From: Polyangiaceae bacterium
Lineage (GTDB): Bacteria > Myxococcota_A > Polyangia > Polyangiales > Polyangiaceae
Direction: 5' to 3'
Length of the DNA stretch: 64,000 nucleotides
NCBI GenBank assembly: GCA_965222375.1
Contig: CBDCTZ010000016.1
Coordinates: forward strand, 2,080,001 to 2,144,000
The first letter of the stretch is position 1. Every line of letters begins with the position of its first letter. Position numbers and translations under genes: made by a program. Positions 38,333 to 48,132 of this stretch are shown here, in pieces. The notes beneath the pieces are model-generated. The model saw only the letters and a program-made list of their open reading frames with translations. It did no database searches and had not been told where the DNA came from.

Positions 38333-38453
38333 GCTGGGGCGCCCGCGTGCGTGTCGGCGAGACTGGGTGCCGAGCGGGCTGGGGCGCCCGCGTGCGTGTC
38401 GGCGAGACTTGGGTGCCGAGCGGGCTGGGGCGCCCGCGTGCGCCTTGGCGAGA
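38333..38453. repeat. ~45-bp tandem repeat, ~2.6 copies
   Basis: GCTGGGGCGCCCGCGTGCGTGTCGGCGAGACT(T)GGGTGCCGAGCGG starting at 38333, 38378 and 38424. Confidence 0.85.
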
Positions 38454-38572
38454 TTAGGGACCCAAAGCCGCCCCAGTGCTCGACCCAAAGAAAACCACAC
38501 CCTGGGTCAAAAGATGGATGGCAGCTGGGGGCTCCCTGCACTCAGGGTTCTGTGACGCACGAGAGCGACGCG

Positions 38573-39754
38573 ATGAGTCGCCGACAGGCACTTTTTGCCT
38601 GTGCGGCTGCAGCTGGTTCCCTTGCGGGTTGTAGCCGTGATGCCTCCTGGCAAGCTCAGCGGCCGACTTCTCCTCTGGTTGGAGGCGTAGCCCCAGGCGC
38701 CAGGCCGGGGGTCGGTCGCCTACAGGCTCGATCCACGGCGGCTTGGTCGATGTTCGGTGGTGATCCGAGGCGCACCCACTACTCGCCGGTGCCCGTACGA
38801 ACCGAGCCGGAACTGAGGTGGCGCTTCGAAACCGAAGGGGAGGTGTGGGCATCTCCGGTGGTGGACGCAGGGGGTAACGTCTACGCAGGGTCCCTTGATG
38901 GCAAGCTGTATGTGATTGGCCGCAGCGGCGCTCTGAGTTGGAGTCTGCCAACTCGAGGCGCCTTGTGGGGGTCAGCGGCCGTCGGGGGTGACGCTACGGT
39001 GTTCGTGGCCGGAGTGGATACCTATCTGTATGGGATCCGACAGGGGACATTGCTGTGGAGGCGAAAGCTGGACAACTGCGCGTTCTCGTCGCCGGCTTTG
39101 GGACCCGACGGCAGCGTATACGTCGGGGCGAGTGGGCGCCGGTTGTACTCTTTTCGATACGACGGCAGCCCGAAGTGGGCACGGCACTTGGGATCCCAAG
39201 TGGAGTCTTCCCCGGCGCTGCTACCCGATGGCGGCCTGGCGGTCGGAACGCGAGACGGACGCTTGGTTCAGTTGAGCGATAGCGGAGACTTGGTCAGCTC
39301 GGTTCGCGTTCCCGGGCCCATTTCCTCGACGCCCGCAGTCTTCGAAACGGGTACCGTTGTATTCGGCGGTGGCGACGGTGTGTACGCGGTTCGAGGTGGC
39401 CGGTTGGCGTGGCGGCTAAAAACCCACGCTCCCGTCACCGCGTCTCCGGCGCTGTTTCCCGATGGCGCTGCTGTTGTGGGCGACCTAAAGGGCAACTTGT
39501 ACGCCGTCAGTGATTCTGGCCGCCTGCGTTTCGCTGTGAGCTTGGGCTCGCCCATCTCGAGTTCCGCCGCGACCGCCGCCAACGGTGCAATCGTCGTTGG
39601 CACCCACGCCGGGACATTGCACGTCCTCGATGCGGCGGGGCGCCGTCTGAGTGAGTTCAAAACCAAGGGGCCGATTCACGCATCCCCGGCAATTGGTCGA
39701 GACGGCAGCATCGTTTTCGGTTCCCGGGATGGTTCCGTGTACGCGTTGGCCTGA
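38573..39754 (+). CDS. PQQ-like/BamB-like beta-propeller Tat lipoprotein
   Basis: MSRRQAL...LAGC, WSMFGGDPRRT, and about eight SP(A/V)..DG.VY.GS.DG.LY repeats. Confidence 0.88.
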   Translation: MSRRQALFACAAAAGSLAGCSRDASWQAQRPTSPLVGGVAPGARPGVGRLQARSTAAWSMFGGDPRRTHYSPVPVRTEPELRWRFETEGEVWASPVVDAGGNVYAGSLDGKLYVIGRSGALSWSLPTRGALWGSAAVGGDATVFVAGVDTYLYGIRQGTLLWRRKLDNCAFSSPALGPDGSVYVGASGRRLYSFRYDGSPKWARHLGSQVESSPALLPDGGLAVGTRDGRLVQLSDSGDLVSSVRVPGPISSTPAVFETGTVVFGGGDGVYAVRGGRLAWRLKTHAPVTASPALFPDGAAVVGDLKGNLYAVSDSGRLRFAVSLGSPISSSAATAANGAIVVGTHAGTLHVLDAAGRRLSEFKTKGPIHASPAIGRDGSIVFGSRDGSVYALA

Positions 39755-39759
39755 CGCCG

Positions 39760-40011
39760 CTATTGGCGCTCGAGACGTCGGACTACAACCGTGGCACCAA
39801 CGAATAGGAGTGCCAAAAGGAAGCAAACGATGGCCACCTCGATGCCGAGCGCCCCCTCCGGCAAGAGGAAGCGCGCTGTGGTCCACTCGAGGATGGCGAA
39901 CCCGAGGAAGTAGACAACAAGCAGCTTCGGCCGCTGCCAGGTCCGGTAACGAAACGCAAAGAGTGCCGTGAACACGGATGCGACGGAGGCGGCAACGATC
40001 AGCGCGAGCAT
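39760..40011 (-). CDS. Small hypothetical membrane protein (3 TM)
   Basis: 83 aa with three hydrophobic segments. Confidence 0.65.
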   Translation of the reverse strand: MLALIVAASVASVFTALFAFRYRTWQRPKLLVVYFLGFAILEWTTARFLLPEGALGIEVAIVCFLLALLFVGATVVVRRLERQ

Positions 40012-40043
40012 GGCTGCTCTGGCTACCTAGCCCAGGAGTCACT

Positions 40044-41348
40044 TCACAGACAATAGTCGTACACGGGATCTTCGATGCAGCGCTTGGTGCAGCATTGAGT
40101 GTCCAAGCTGCATGGCGTTGCACGTTTTTGGCATGCCGCGGGCGTGCAGTCGGGATCTGCCGAGTCGACCAGGCCGTCGCAGTCGTCGTCGACATCATTT
40201 TCGCACTCGGTCTCGCTCGTGCTGGTCGGCTCACACCCGGCAGGCTCGGAGAGCTGAGTGAAGGCTGCCTCGGCCTGCACCAGGCCAAAGCCATAGGCAT
40301 CGTCGCGTCCGCTCGGTCCGAGGTCGAGGGCTGTTTCCGACAGGGCGATTCGAATCTGCGCGGCGGACCAAGTCGGGCCGCGACTCATCAGCGCAGCGGC
40401 AGCGCCGGATACGTGGGGCGTCGCCATGCTGGTTCCGCCCCATGCTTGGTACGTGCCGTGGGTTGTAGACAATACACCCACACCTGCTGCCACGAGCTCC
40501 ACGTCTTCGTTCTGCTGCGAGAAATCCGCAATATGTTTTTGGGAGTCCACTGCACCCACGGAGACGACCGAGACGTAGGACGCTGGGTAGTGCGGTTGCG
40601 TCGTGCCATCGTTACCTGCGGCGGCAACGATCAGGAGCCCTTGAGCTTCCGCTTGTTCGAAAGCGAGGCGCTCGAGGGTGCTTTTCTCGGGGCCGCCCAG
40701 ACTCAGGTTCACAATCTGCGCCCCGATACTTGCGCATTCCTGCACCGCCAAGATCAGCCCCGACACGTAGGCCCACTCGCAGTCGTCCCGAAATACGCGG
40801 ACGATGTGGAGCTGCGCGCTGTCATGGGCAACACCAAGCACTCCGATGTCGTTGTCGACTGCCGCGATCGTGCCAGCCACGTGGGTGCCATGGCCGCAGC
40901 CGTCGGCATTGAAAGGTCCAGCGCCCCCCTCCGGGGCTCCGGTCACATTCGAAGGAAGATCCGGATGAGGCGCGTAGCCCGAGTCGACGATGCAAACCGT
41001 CGTCTTGGCGATCGGACTCGGGAGCGGCGGCAATTGGAGCGAGGTGGTCTGGGTAACGCCGTAGGGCGTGGTTTGGCCCAAGGGGTAGCGGCGATAGTCC
41101 GGCTCGAGCAGACCGACCACGGCGTGCACCTGCTCCAGGTCTGCCTTGGCAATGGAAAGCAGATAGGTGTTTGGACCGATCCGTTGCTGCACCTCGGCGC
41201 CCGCCGCTGTAGCCCGTCGCAGCTGAGCCGACTCTCGCACTACAGCGAGGTAGCGCCCCTCTGGGCTCTGTACAGCGGGCGTTGGTTGCGAGCTGCTGGT
41301 CTCCCCTCCGCAGCCGAGGCTCAGCAGGGCCGGCAGGATGGCGGCCAC
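40044..41348 (-). CDS. S8 subtilisin-like serine protease lipoprotein with Cys-rich tail (start uncertain)
   Basis: IVDSG, HGTHVAGT, AAAGN, GTSMATPHV. Lipobox SLGC. C-terminal CENDVDDDCDGLVD. Confidence 0.92.
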   Translation of the reverse strand: MAAILPALLSLGCGGETSSSQPTPAVQSPEGRYLAVVRESAQLRRATAAGAEVQQRIGPNTYLLSIAKADLEQVHAVVGLLEPDYRRYPLGQTTPYGVTQTTSLQLPPLPSPIAKTTVCIVDSGYAPHPDLPSNVTGAPEGGAGPFNADGCGHGTHVAGTIAAVDNDIGVLGVAHDSAQLHIVRVFRDDCEWAYVSGLILAVQECASIGAQIVNLSLGGPEKSTLERLAFEQAEAQGLLIVAAAGNDGTTQPHYPASYVSVVSVGAVDSQKHIADFSQQNEDVELVAAGVGVLSTTHGTYQAWGGTSMATPHVSGAAAALMSRGPTWSAAQIRIALSETALDLGPSGRDDAYGFGLVQAEAAFTQLSEPAGCEPTSTSETECENDVDDDCDGLVDSADPDCTPAACQKRATPCSLDTQCCTKRCIEDPVYDYCL

Positions 41349-41489
41349 GAATCGTGGAGGGCAGCGAGGGCGATTCCGAGGGGCGCGCGTCACGTGCCTA
41401 GGAACGGCCAGGGCGGGAAAAGGTTTAGGGCCGCACGGGTGGGAGCTGCAGTATGTGCGGAGCCGCTGCATTCAACGGCACGCCTTCGA

Positions 41490-41615
41490 TTTTTGCCTAC
41501 ACCGTGGGCATGCAGGACGCGAACTTTGGTCTGGTCGATGCCATTGCGCAGGCCGGTGGGACCGGAAAGGCCTTCGACGCCGCAGGTGGTACCCAGGCGT
41601 TCATCGCGGCGTGTT
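41490..41615 (+). pseudogene. Short fragment resembling the C-terminal part of a myxobacterial VWA domain
   Basis: YTVGMQDANFGLVDAIAQAGGTGKAF...FIAA. No start and no rest of the domain. Confidence 0.45.
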
Positions 41616-42123
41616 GTGCCCCGACGCCTGCACCCAAGTCAAACAGGATACGAGTGGCCGCATTGACCTGATCCTCGGACGCAAATCCACGCCGCCGTCG
41701 TGAGGCGGCGCCGCCGCGCCGTCTCGCTCGATCAGTTGGCATCTGCGAAGAAGCGGCTGCTGAGCGACACGAAACGTGTGGCAGTCACCAGGACCAGGTT
41801 CCGCCAACCTCGATGAACGGAACCACATAGAAGTTCTGCGCTTCGTAGGTGACGGTCTCCACGGGTACACGAAACCGCCCTAACAGGTAGGCGTCGAGAT
41901 CTGCCGTCAGTGCAGTTTTCATGCCCATTCGCAAGATCGTGGCGTCGTACTCGTACGCGCAGCATTCTGAGTCCACACACAAGCCCTTCGTGCCGACGTC
42001 GCTTGATTGCGGCGCCGGTGCGAGGCTTTTCTGGAGACACAGGGCTTGCTCGGCGTGGTCACGCCGCTGCCCGGGAGTGGTGCTCGAGCACGTCGCGTGC
42101 TCTACTCCCCTGGGAGGCGGAAC

Positions 42124-42468
42124 ATGCGAATACCTGTTGCGATTGCTCTAGCCATGACTGTGATGGGCTGCTCAAGCAGTGGTGGTGGTGGTGGTGGTGG
42201 TGGTGGCTCCCAGGCGGTACAGCAGTGCGAAGCGTTCATGGGCGTTACCTGCGACAGAGTACTCGAGTGTGTCCCCGGCGAGTATGCCGCGAAGGCGGAT
42301 TGCCTGGGCGACCTCAGCAAGGTCATTCCGTGCGCTGACGCGGTGTCCGTCTCCGCCAGCTACGATCAATGCATGGACCAAATGCAGGGAGGCTCATGCG
42401 CCGTGCTCTTTCCCGGCGGAAAGCTGGCGCTGCCAAGCAGCTGTTCGGGCGTTATCCAGGTCCTGTAG
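42124..42468 (+). CDS. Small Cys-rich lipoprotein
   Basis: GGAGG RBS, lipobox VMGC, poly-Gly (GGT)8, eight further Cys. Confidence 0.8.
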   Translation: MRIPVAIALAMTVMGCSSSGGGGGGGGGSQAVQQCEAFMGVTCDRVLECVPGEYAAKADCLGDLSKVIPCADAVSVSASYDQCMDQMQGGSCAVLFPGGKLALPSSCSGVIQVL

Positions 42469-42484
42469 GGGCGGTAGCTCCGCT

Positions 42485-43540
42485 TCATTCTGCTGCGACC
42501 ATCTCCTTGATGTACACGTCATGCTTGCTGTAGGGGATCTCGATGTCGGCTACGCCCAAGGCCTTGTAGACGCGACAATTGAGGTCGTCGAGAATCCTGC
42601 CGCGCTTGGCCGGGTCGTCGATCCACACCAATAACTCAAAGTCCAAACCCGAGCCGCCAAAAGCGCGAAACCGAACTTCCGGCGGCGGATCATCGCAGAC
42701 GAGGTCTGCGCCTTCCACGCACTGATATAGTGTGGCACGCGCCTGGTCGATGTCGCTTCCATAAGCCACGGAGACTTTGACTCGTATCCGCTGCTTCACG
42801 TGTCGTCCTCCGGCCTCGTTGACGATTTTGGAGTTGCCGATCACGGCGTTCGGAACGGTGATCTCCACGTCGTCTCGCGTCAGTATTCGCGTGGAACGAA
42901 GCCCGATGCGAGTTACCTGCCCACGCAAGCCATCGTCGAGGACGATGAAGTCGTCGACCTTGTAGGGAGCATCGGCGAGAATGAAGATCCCCGAAAACAG
43001 GTTGGCCAGGGTGTCTTTGGCAGCAAACCCCACGGCGATTCCGACGATGCCTGCCGATGCAAGCCAAGCGGTCACATTGATGTTCCACGCCAAGAACATA
43101 AAGTAGACGGCGCCGCCCACGACGACCAGCTTGACGAGCATGTCGAATACTGGAACTGAGCCCGGCTGAATGATCGAGGATGCGCCTCGCATTCGGCCAA
43201 TGGTCTGCAGTACCGACGAACTGATGCGAAACGCCGCGCTCGACCAGACCAGGATCGCCAGCGTTTTCAGGCTCCGGTTGACGATCGTTTGCCAGATGTC
43301 CGGCAGCCCGAGATGTGACGTGGCAGTGAACAGGCCGAAGAACAGGACGCTCAGAAAGATTGGCCGCCGGAGCGCTTGCACGATCTTGTCGTCCAAGTCG
43401 GTCTTGGTCTTTCTGGCCAGCGCAAGAAAAGTCTTGCGGACGCAGAATTCCACGAGGAAAGCGGCAATGATCGAGACGGCAACGATGCCAGCTGCCATCA
43501 CGCCATCAATGTCGAGCAGATCGCGAAGTTTCGAGTACAT
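42485..43540 (-). CDS. mscS: Small-conductance mechanosensitive channel family protein
   Basis: AGIVGIAVGFAAKDTLANLFSG, PYKVDD, G.V..IGLRST, VPN, VSVAYGSD, IEIPY. Confidence 0.93.
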   Translation of the reverse strand: MYSKLRDLLDIDGVMAAGIVAVSIIAAFLVEFCVRKTFLALARKTKTDLDDKIVQALRRPIFLSVLFFGLFTATSHLGLPDIWQTIVNRSLKTLAILVWSSAAFRISSSVLQTIGRMRGASSIIQPGSVPVFDMLVKLVVVGGAVYFMFLAWNINVTAWLASAGIVGIAVGFAAKDTLANLFSGIFILADAPYKVDDFIVLDDGLRGQVTRIGLRSTRILTRDDVEITVPNAVIGNSKIVNEAGGRHVKQRIRVKVSVAYGSDIDQARATLYQCVEGADLVCDDPPPEVRFRAFGGSGLDFELLVWIDDPAKRGRILDDLNCRVYKALGVADIEIPYSKHDVYIKEMVAAE

Positions 43541-43636
43541 GCTCGGACAATAGGCGCGGTGTACTGAGCGCTCAATAGTGCCTGGAACTAGCGTCAAAGG
43601 TCACGGGCCCACTCTACGGCGCGGTGCCACAGTGGT

Positions 43637-45043
43637 ATGGATGCGAAAATGCTCGGGAATCGGACTCGATGGATTGTCTTTGTCACGCTGCTCGTGGCGT
43701 GCCGGGGCAAAGGGCAGGTGGATACCCTGGCGAGCGCGTCGGCTTCGGCCTCGGTGTCGCCGGCGTTGCTCCCACCAGCGCCGAGCGCGTCGCCGCCCGC
43801 TACGAAGGTCACCATCGTCGAAAAGAAGCCCGGCGAGTATCGGGTAGACGACGATGTGCCGTTGTTGCTGTCACTCAGCGCCTTGGCCGGCGAAATCCCA
43901 ACGGACAAGCTCCCCACAGGGTACCGCCTTCTGCGTGTCCCGGAGGGCTCGCTATTGGCGCGGCTCGGCTTCAAGACCGACGACGAGGTCGTGTCCATCA
44001 ACGGCGTGCTACTTCTGAGCGTCAACAGTCTCAAAGAAGCCTACGCGCGGGTCAAAAAAGGCCACAAGGTCGCGGTGGTTGGCAAACGTGACGGTGCCAG
44101 CTTCGAGCACGTGTATCAGATGCAGCGCAGCCTCTCGCGCTCCACTGGGTCGCGCTCGAAAGCGGGCGCAGCGCACGAGAAGGCTCTGGCGGCGCTGGCG
44201 ACGGGTGTGAAGCGTGTTGGTCCGAGTCGATACCGGATCGACCGCAAAGTGCTCGAGACCCTGGAGCAGCATCCGCAGCTGCTAGGCCGACGGCGCGGCT
44301 ATGCTACTCGGGTTGGTGGAAGCGGCATTCGAGTCTCCAGTTTAGAGCCGTCCGTTTACACGCTGCTTCAGCTGCAACCGCGGGACAAGGTGACGCAAGT
44401 CGGAGGCGTTGCCGTCGCCGATCCGGACGCCTTCGGCGTGCTTCTGGCGAAGCAGAAAACGGCGTTCAAGTTCACCATCGACTACGAGCGTAGCCGGAGT
44501 CCTGAGACGCACAGCTACGAGGTATCCAGGGGGCTTGTTGACGACAAGAAGCTGAAGCCCGCATTGGCGGAGCTTCGCAGCGTGCCCGGTGCAGGGCTCA
44601 GCCGGCGCTCATCGTCCCTCCTGGCCCGCCGAGACTTCGAACGTGCCGTGAAGAAGCGGGGACCTTACAGTTACGAGATCAACGCGTCGGATGTCGCCCG
44701 GCACACCTCCCCCGCTTCCAGGATTCTCAGCTACGCCCGGGTCGTCCCGCTTACTAGCGGCCCAGAGCGCGGCTTGAAGCTGTTTGGCATTCGGCCCAAA
44801 AGCCCCCTAGCCATCCTGGGACTACAGAACGGCGACTTGGTACAGAGCATCAACGGCAAACCCATTGCCGATCTGGACGCGCTCTTCGATCTCTACGATG
44901 AGCAGCCTTCGCGCCTTTCTGTGGGTCTGAAGCGGCGCGGTAAGAGTCTGACCATCGTCTACACGATCAAGGCTGTAGGTTCCGCGACCGGTGGAAGCTC
45001 GCTTCGGCCCAAGCGAAAGCTGCTTCCGAAGATCGTGCGTTGA
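43637..45043 (+). CDS. Lipoprotein with three GspC-type PDZ domains
   Basis: Lipobox LVAC. LGFKTDDEVVSING, LQLQPRDKVTQVGG and GLKLFGIRPKS...LGLQNGDLVQSING. Confidence 0.75.
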   Translation: MDAKMLGNRTRWIVFVTLLVACRGKGQVDTLASASASASVSPALLPPAPSASPPATKVTIVEKKPGEYRVDDDVPLLLSLSALAGEIPTDKLPTGYRLLRVPEGSLLARLGFKTDDEVVSINGVLLLSVNSLKEAYARVKKGHKVAVVGKRDGASFEHVYQMQRSLSRSTGSRSKAGAAHEKALAALATGVKRVGPSRYRIDRKVLETLEQHPQLLGRRRGYATRVGGSGIRVSSLEPSVYTLLQLQPRDKVTQVGGVAVADPDAFGVLLAKQKTAFKFTIDYERSRSPETHSYEVSRGLVDDKKLKPALAELRSVPGAGLSRRSSSLLARRDFERAVKKRGPYSYEINASDVARHTSPASRILSYARVVPLTSGPERGLKLFGIRPKSPLAILGLQNGDLVQSINGKPIADLDALFDLYDEQPSRLSVGLKRRGKSLTIVYTIKAVGSATGGSSLRPKRKLLPKIVR

Positions 45044-45086
45044 TCCAGTGGGTGGGACCGCGATGTGGTTGGTGACGTTGCAGCTG

Positions 45087-45569
45087 ATGTCGACAAATGC
45101 GAAGCGTGCAGGAATTGTGCTGGCGCTGGCGTTGCACGCCTGCGGCGGGAGTGGCGCTCCCCCGGCAAAAGGCGCAGAAGCGACCGACGTCGTCGTGCCC
45201 GAGCCCGCAAAAGACACGGAGGCTGAGCCCGAAGCTCCAGCGCCAGTAGTTCGGTCCCGCGCCGAACCCGGTCCCCAGTTTTGCAACGCCAACCCCACCG
45301 CTGCCGACACCGAGCGCGCCAAACAGATCTTCCAGCAGGGAATGACCGCCTTTGGCGAGGGTCGCTACGCCGAGGCGGCTGGGCTGTTCGGTGATTCCTA
45401 CGATTTGAGCTGCGCTCCAGCTCTCTTGTTCAACATCGCAACCGCTCACGAACGAAGTGGCGATCGGGACCAAGCCATCGAGGCCTTCGAGCTGTACCTA
45501 GAGCGGACGCCGGATGGGCCGAACTCGGACATGGTCCAGGAGCGTCTGAGGAGACTGCGGGGACGCTGA
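45087..45569 (+). CDS. TPR lipoprotein
   Basis: Lipobox LHAC. AKQIFQQG..AF.EGRYAEA...LLFNIA..HE...AIEAFELYL. Confidence 0.85.
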   Translation: MSTNAKRAGIVLALALHACGGSGAPPAKGAEATDVVVPEPAKDTEAEPEAPAPVVRSRAEPGPQFCNANPTAADTERAKQIFQQGMTAFGEGRYAEAAGLFGDSYDLSCAPALLFNIATAHERSGDRDQAIEAFELYLERTPDGPNSDMVQERLRRLRGR

Positions 45570-45887
45570 AGGTCACCCCGCGCGTTGGAGGCGCAGCGCT
45601 CTTCTCCTTGTGTTTCGCACTTCGAGCTGCGCTGCACGTCAAGGAAGTTTGGCAAACAGCAACTGCGAATGCGCAGAGGTACGCTAAGATCAGGGGCAAG
45701 AACATTTCTGTCGTGATCGTGATCGTGCAATGAAAGACTTCGACCTCAGCGTGTACTTGACCAACGGCAGATTATTTGTCGGAATCTCACTTCCTCACCC
45801 TGAGAAAGAGTGGGGAGTTGGGCTGGCCACCGTCCATTCCCGTACGGTTACGATGGATCGGATGACCATCCAGCGGGCTGACACCAA

Positions 45888-46175
45888 TCAGGCCTTTTCG
45901 CGCTGATCCGCATCGGCGTTGGTGATGCGGACCCTCCCTCGCTGAAACCAGAAGTACGGCCCCTCTGGGCGCTCGCTCCACACCGCAGCGTGGAAACGCT
46001 GCTCCCGCGACGCAAGCAGAATCCAATCCTCGTCCGAGAAGCTCACATCGGGATCAGCGTTGACGACTGCCTCCCAGTCGCTGTGCGCGACTGCTGGAGA
46101 GCGCTCAATGAAGACATCGTAACCTCGGTCCAGCTCGATCTCGTCGTTATCCGTCGTGACCAACGTCAGACCCAT
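45888..46175 (-). CDS. Hypothetical protein, possibly 3'-truncated
   Basis: GYDVFIER...WEAVVNADP...FWFQRGRV. Ends abruptly against unrelated sequence. Confidence 0.45.
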   Translation of the reverse strand: MGLTLVTTDNDEIELDRGYDVFIERSPAVAHSDWEAVVNADPDVSFSDEDWILLASREQRFHAAVWSERPEGPYFWFQRGRVRITNADADQREKA

Positions 46176-46434
46176 GCCCGCACGTTACCCCGCGAGTCAC
46201 CACAGCGTCCATTCTTGATGCGCTGTCTCGCGCGCGTTTCCCCCGCTCACCAGCCGCGCGATCGCGCGCCGTCACGACAGCTCACCGTCTCCACTTGCGC
46301 TTTGGCGGCGCGTGGCACGGCCCGTGAGCGCGCATCTTCGGCTCGATATTTTCGTCGCGGGTAGGCGTGACCGCGGCGGTGGATGTCGATGCTCGCGTTC
46401 AGCGTCGCTCAGCGGTTGGTCATGGCGGAATTCC

Positions 46435-47754
46435 CTACACGAAATGTCGATGCTCGCGTTCAGCCTCGACATCGTCGGTGTCAGCCTCCTCCCACCAATC
46501 CTCGCTTTCGGTCTCGGAAGGGGCCATCACGCGGGAGCGCGGGCTGGCGACGCGCGCGCGAGGCGTTGGCCGGGCTTCGGCGTCGGTGTCCCGTGGCGGG
46601 CTAGCTTGCTGGACCTGTCGAGCCTCATGACGCGCGGCGGCAGCGCTGTCGGATTGCTCTCGCACATAACGTCCGGCTCGCCTCAAGCCCTGCCGCCCGC
46701 GCCAGCCGGCAGATGACACCGCTTTCGCAGCGCTGCGTAGCCGATGGCCGAAGACGACCGACAGCAGTGTCAGTACAAGCGGCAAGGCAAACTGGAAAAG
46801 CGCCCAAGTGGCTAGGCCGACGACCCACAGTCCCAACAGCGCCAAAGTGACGATCAGCGGGTGGCTGAGAAAGGACCTGCCGTGACGCCACCTTCGCTGA
46901 CGGCCGCTTCGCCGTCGCAGCCGCCGACTTCGCTGACGGCGGCGATCGTTTCCCCTCGTGTCCAGCGCAAGCTCCGCGAGCAACGGCTTGAGCACCCGCG
47001 GTCTCTTGTCCGGGTCGGGCTCCAGCATGGCTGTGAGCGCTCGCGTCAGCCCCGGGTCTACTTGCCCGGCAAGCACTGCCGGGACGTCGATCGAAAGCCC
47101 GCGGTGCGGGAGCGTCTCGGGCTCAGCGCCAGCCAACATCGAAAGCGCTGTCGCGCCGACGGCATAGACATCACTGGATGGCTGCGCTCGGCCTTGAAAC
47201 TGCTCGGGTGCCATGTAGCCGAAGGTGCCGACCACCGTGCTTCCGCCTGCCGGCTTCATACGATCTCGCACCGAGCCAAAGTCGACGAGGGCGAAGCTAC
47301 CGTCGGGACGGCGGATGACATTGGCAGGCTTGATGTCGCGGTGAACGATCGGCGGCGCGTGCCCATGAAGATAGTCCAACACCGGGGCCATGGCGGCTAG
47401 GAAGGAAACCACGTCGCCCTGGGTGAAGCGATGCCCGCGCTTCTGCAATGAGCGCAGGCTTTCCCCTTCGATGCGCTCCATCACCAGATACAGGGCGCCA
47501 TCTTCCTCGAAGGTCTCGACAAAGGCTGGCAGCGCCTCATGCGACAGAGTCGACAGGACCCGTGCCTCCCGCTCCGCTAGCTCGACGTCCTTCCACTCTT
47601 TGGCACCGCGAACCGAAAACCGCTTGATTGCCACCAGCCGGCCGTCGCGCTTATCGACCGCTTCCAGGGTCGTGCCCTGGGACCCTTCGCCCAGCGCCCC
47701 CACGACCGCATAGCGACCCCCGCGCAACCCTTCTGACTGCCTGAGCGCGTGCAT
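46435..47754 (-). CDS. Hanks-type Ser/Thr protein kinase with C-terminal TM segments
   Basis: LGEGSQG, VAIK, HRDIKPAN, DFG, GTFGYMAPE, SDVY. Confidence 0.95.
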   Translation of the reverse strand: MHALRQSEGLRGGRYAVVGALGEGSQGTTLEAVDKRDGRLVAIKRFSVRGAKEWKDVELAEREARVLSTLSHEALPAFVETFEEDGALYLVMERIEGESLRSLQKRGHRFTQGDVVSFLAAMAPVLDYLHGHAPPIVHRDIKPANVIRRPDGSFALVDFGSVRDRMKPAGGSTVVGTFGYMAPEQFQGRAQPSSDVYAVGATALSMLAGAEPETLPHRGLSIDVPAVLAGQVDPGLTRALTAMLEPDPDKRPRVLKPLLAELALDTRGNDRRRQRSRRLRRRSGRQRRWRHGRSFLSHPLIVTLALLGLWVVGLATWALFQFALPLVLTLLSVVFGHRLRSAAKAVSSAGWRGRQGLRRAGRYVREQSDSAAAARHEARQVQQASPPRDTDAEARPTPRARVASPRSRVMAPSETESEDWWEEADTDDVEAEREHRHFV

Positions 47755-47838
47755 CGCCCTCAATGTAAGCACGCTCGAACTGAGCTGCAGCGGACGCCGA
47801 TGGGGTAAGAATCGAGGCGAAATTGGCGTGGGCGGATG

Positions 47839-48039
47839 AACAGGAAGGCTGGAAGGGGAGGAAGGACAGAGGAACCAGGAGAATGGTTCGCGGGCGTGGC
47901 AGCGGCGGGCCGCGTGTCTCGCCCAGGGCCGCGCAGCACGTATGGCGGTCGCCAGTCGAGACTAAGGTTCCTCTACTTGGAGCGAGAAATCCGAACAGAC
48001 CCAAACCCTCTGCCTTCCCGACCTTCCCGCCTTCCTGTT
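47839..48039. repeat. ~200-bp intergenic element bounded by ~33-bp imperfect inverted repeats (MITE/REP-like)
   Basis: AACAGGAAGGCTGGAAGGGGAGGAAGGACAGAGG (47839-47872) versus the reverse complement of 48007-48039, AACAGGAAGGCGGGAAGGTCGGGAAGGCAGAGG. Confidence 0.75.
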
Positions 48040-48132
48040 TTCTCTCTGCCTCGAAACAGAGCACCGAAGCGGGCTGGGCAGGAAGCCGGGGAGGAGGGTC
48101 GGGGCGGCGAAGACCCTCCTCCCTTGAAGCGT

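Noticed and set aside
36814..38453. 45-bp repeats as a CRISPR array
   Set aside because: The units are directly adjacent with no unique spacers, there are only 2-3 copies, and no cas genes are present.
42181..42204. (GGT)8 microsatellite as a phase-variation switch
   Set aside because: It is an in-frame triplet encoding the usual Gly linker after a lipobox, so length changes would not shift the frame.
46383..46464. 21-bp direct repeat ATGTCGATGCTCGCGTTCAGC at the kinase 3' end as an att site
   Set aside because: The copies are only 61 bp apart with no integrase or cargo. It is more likely a local duplication.
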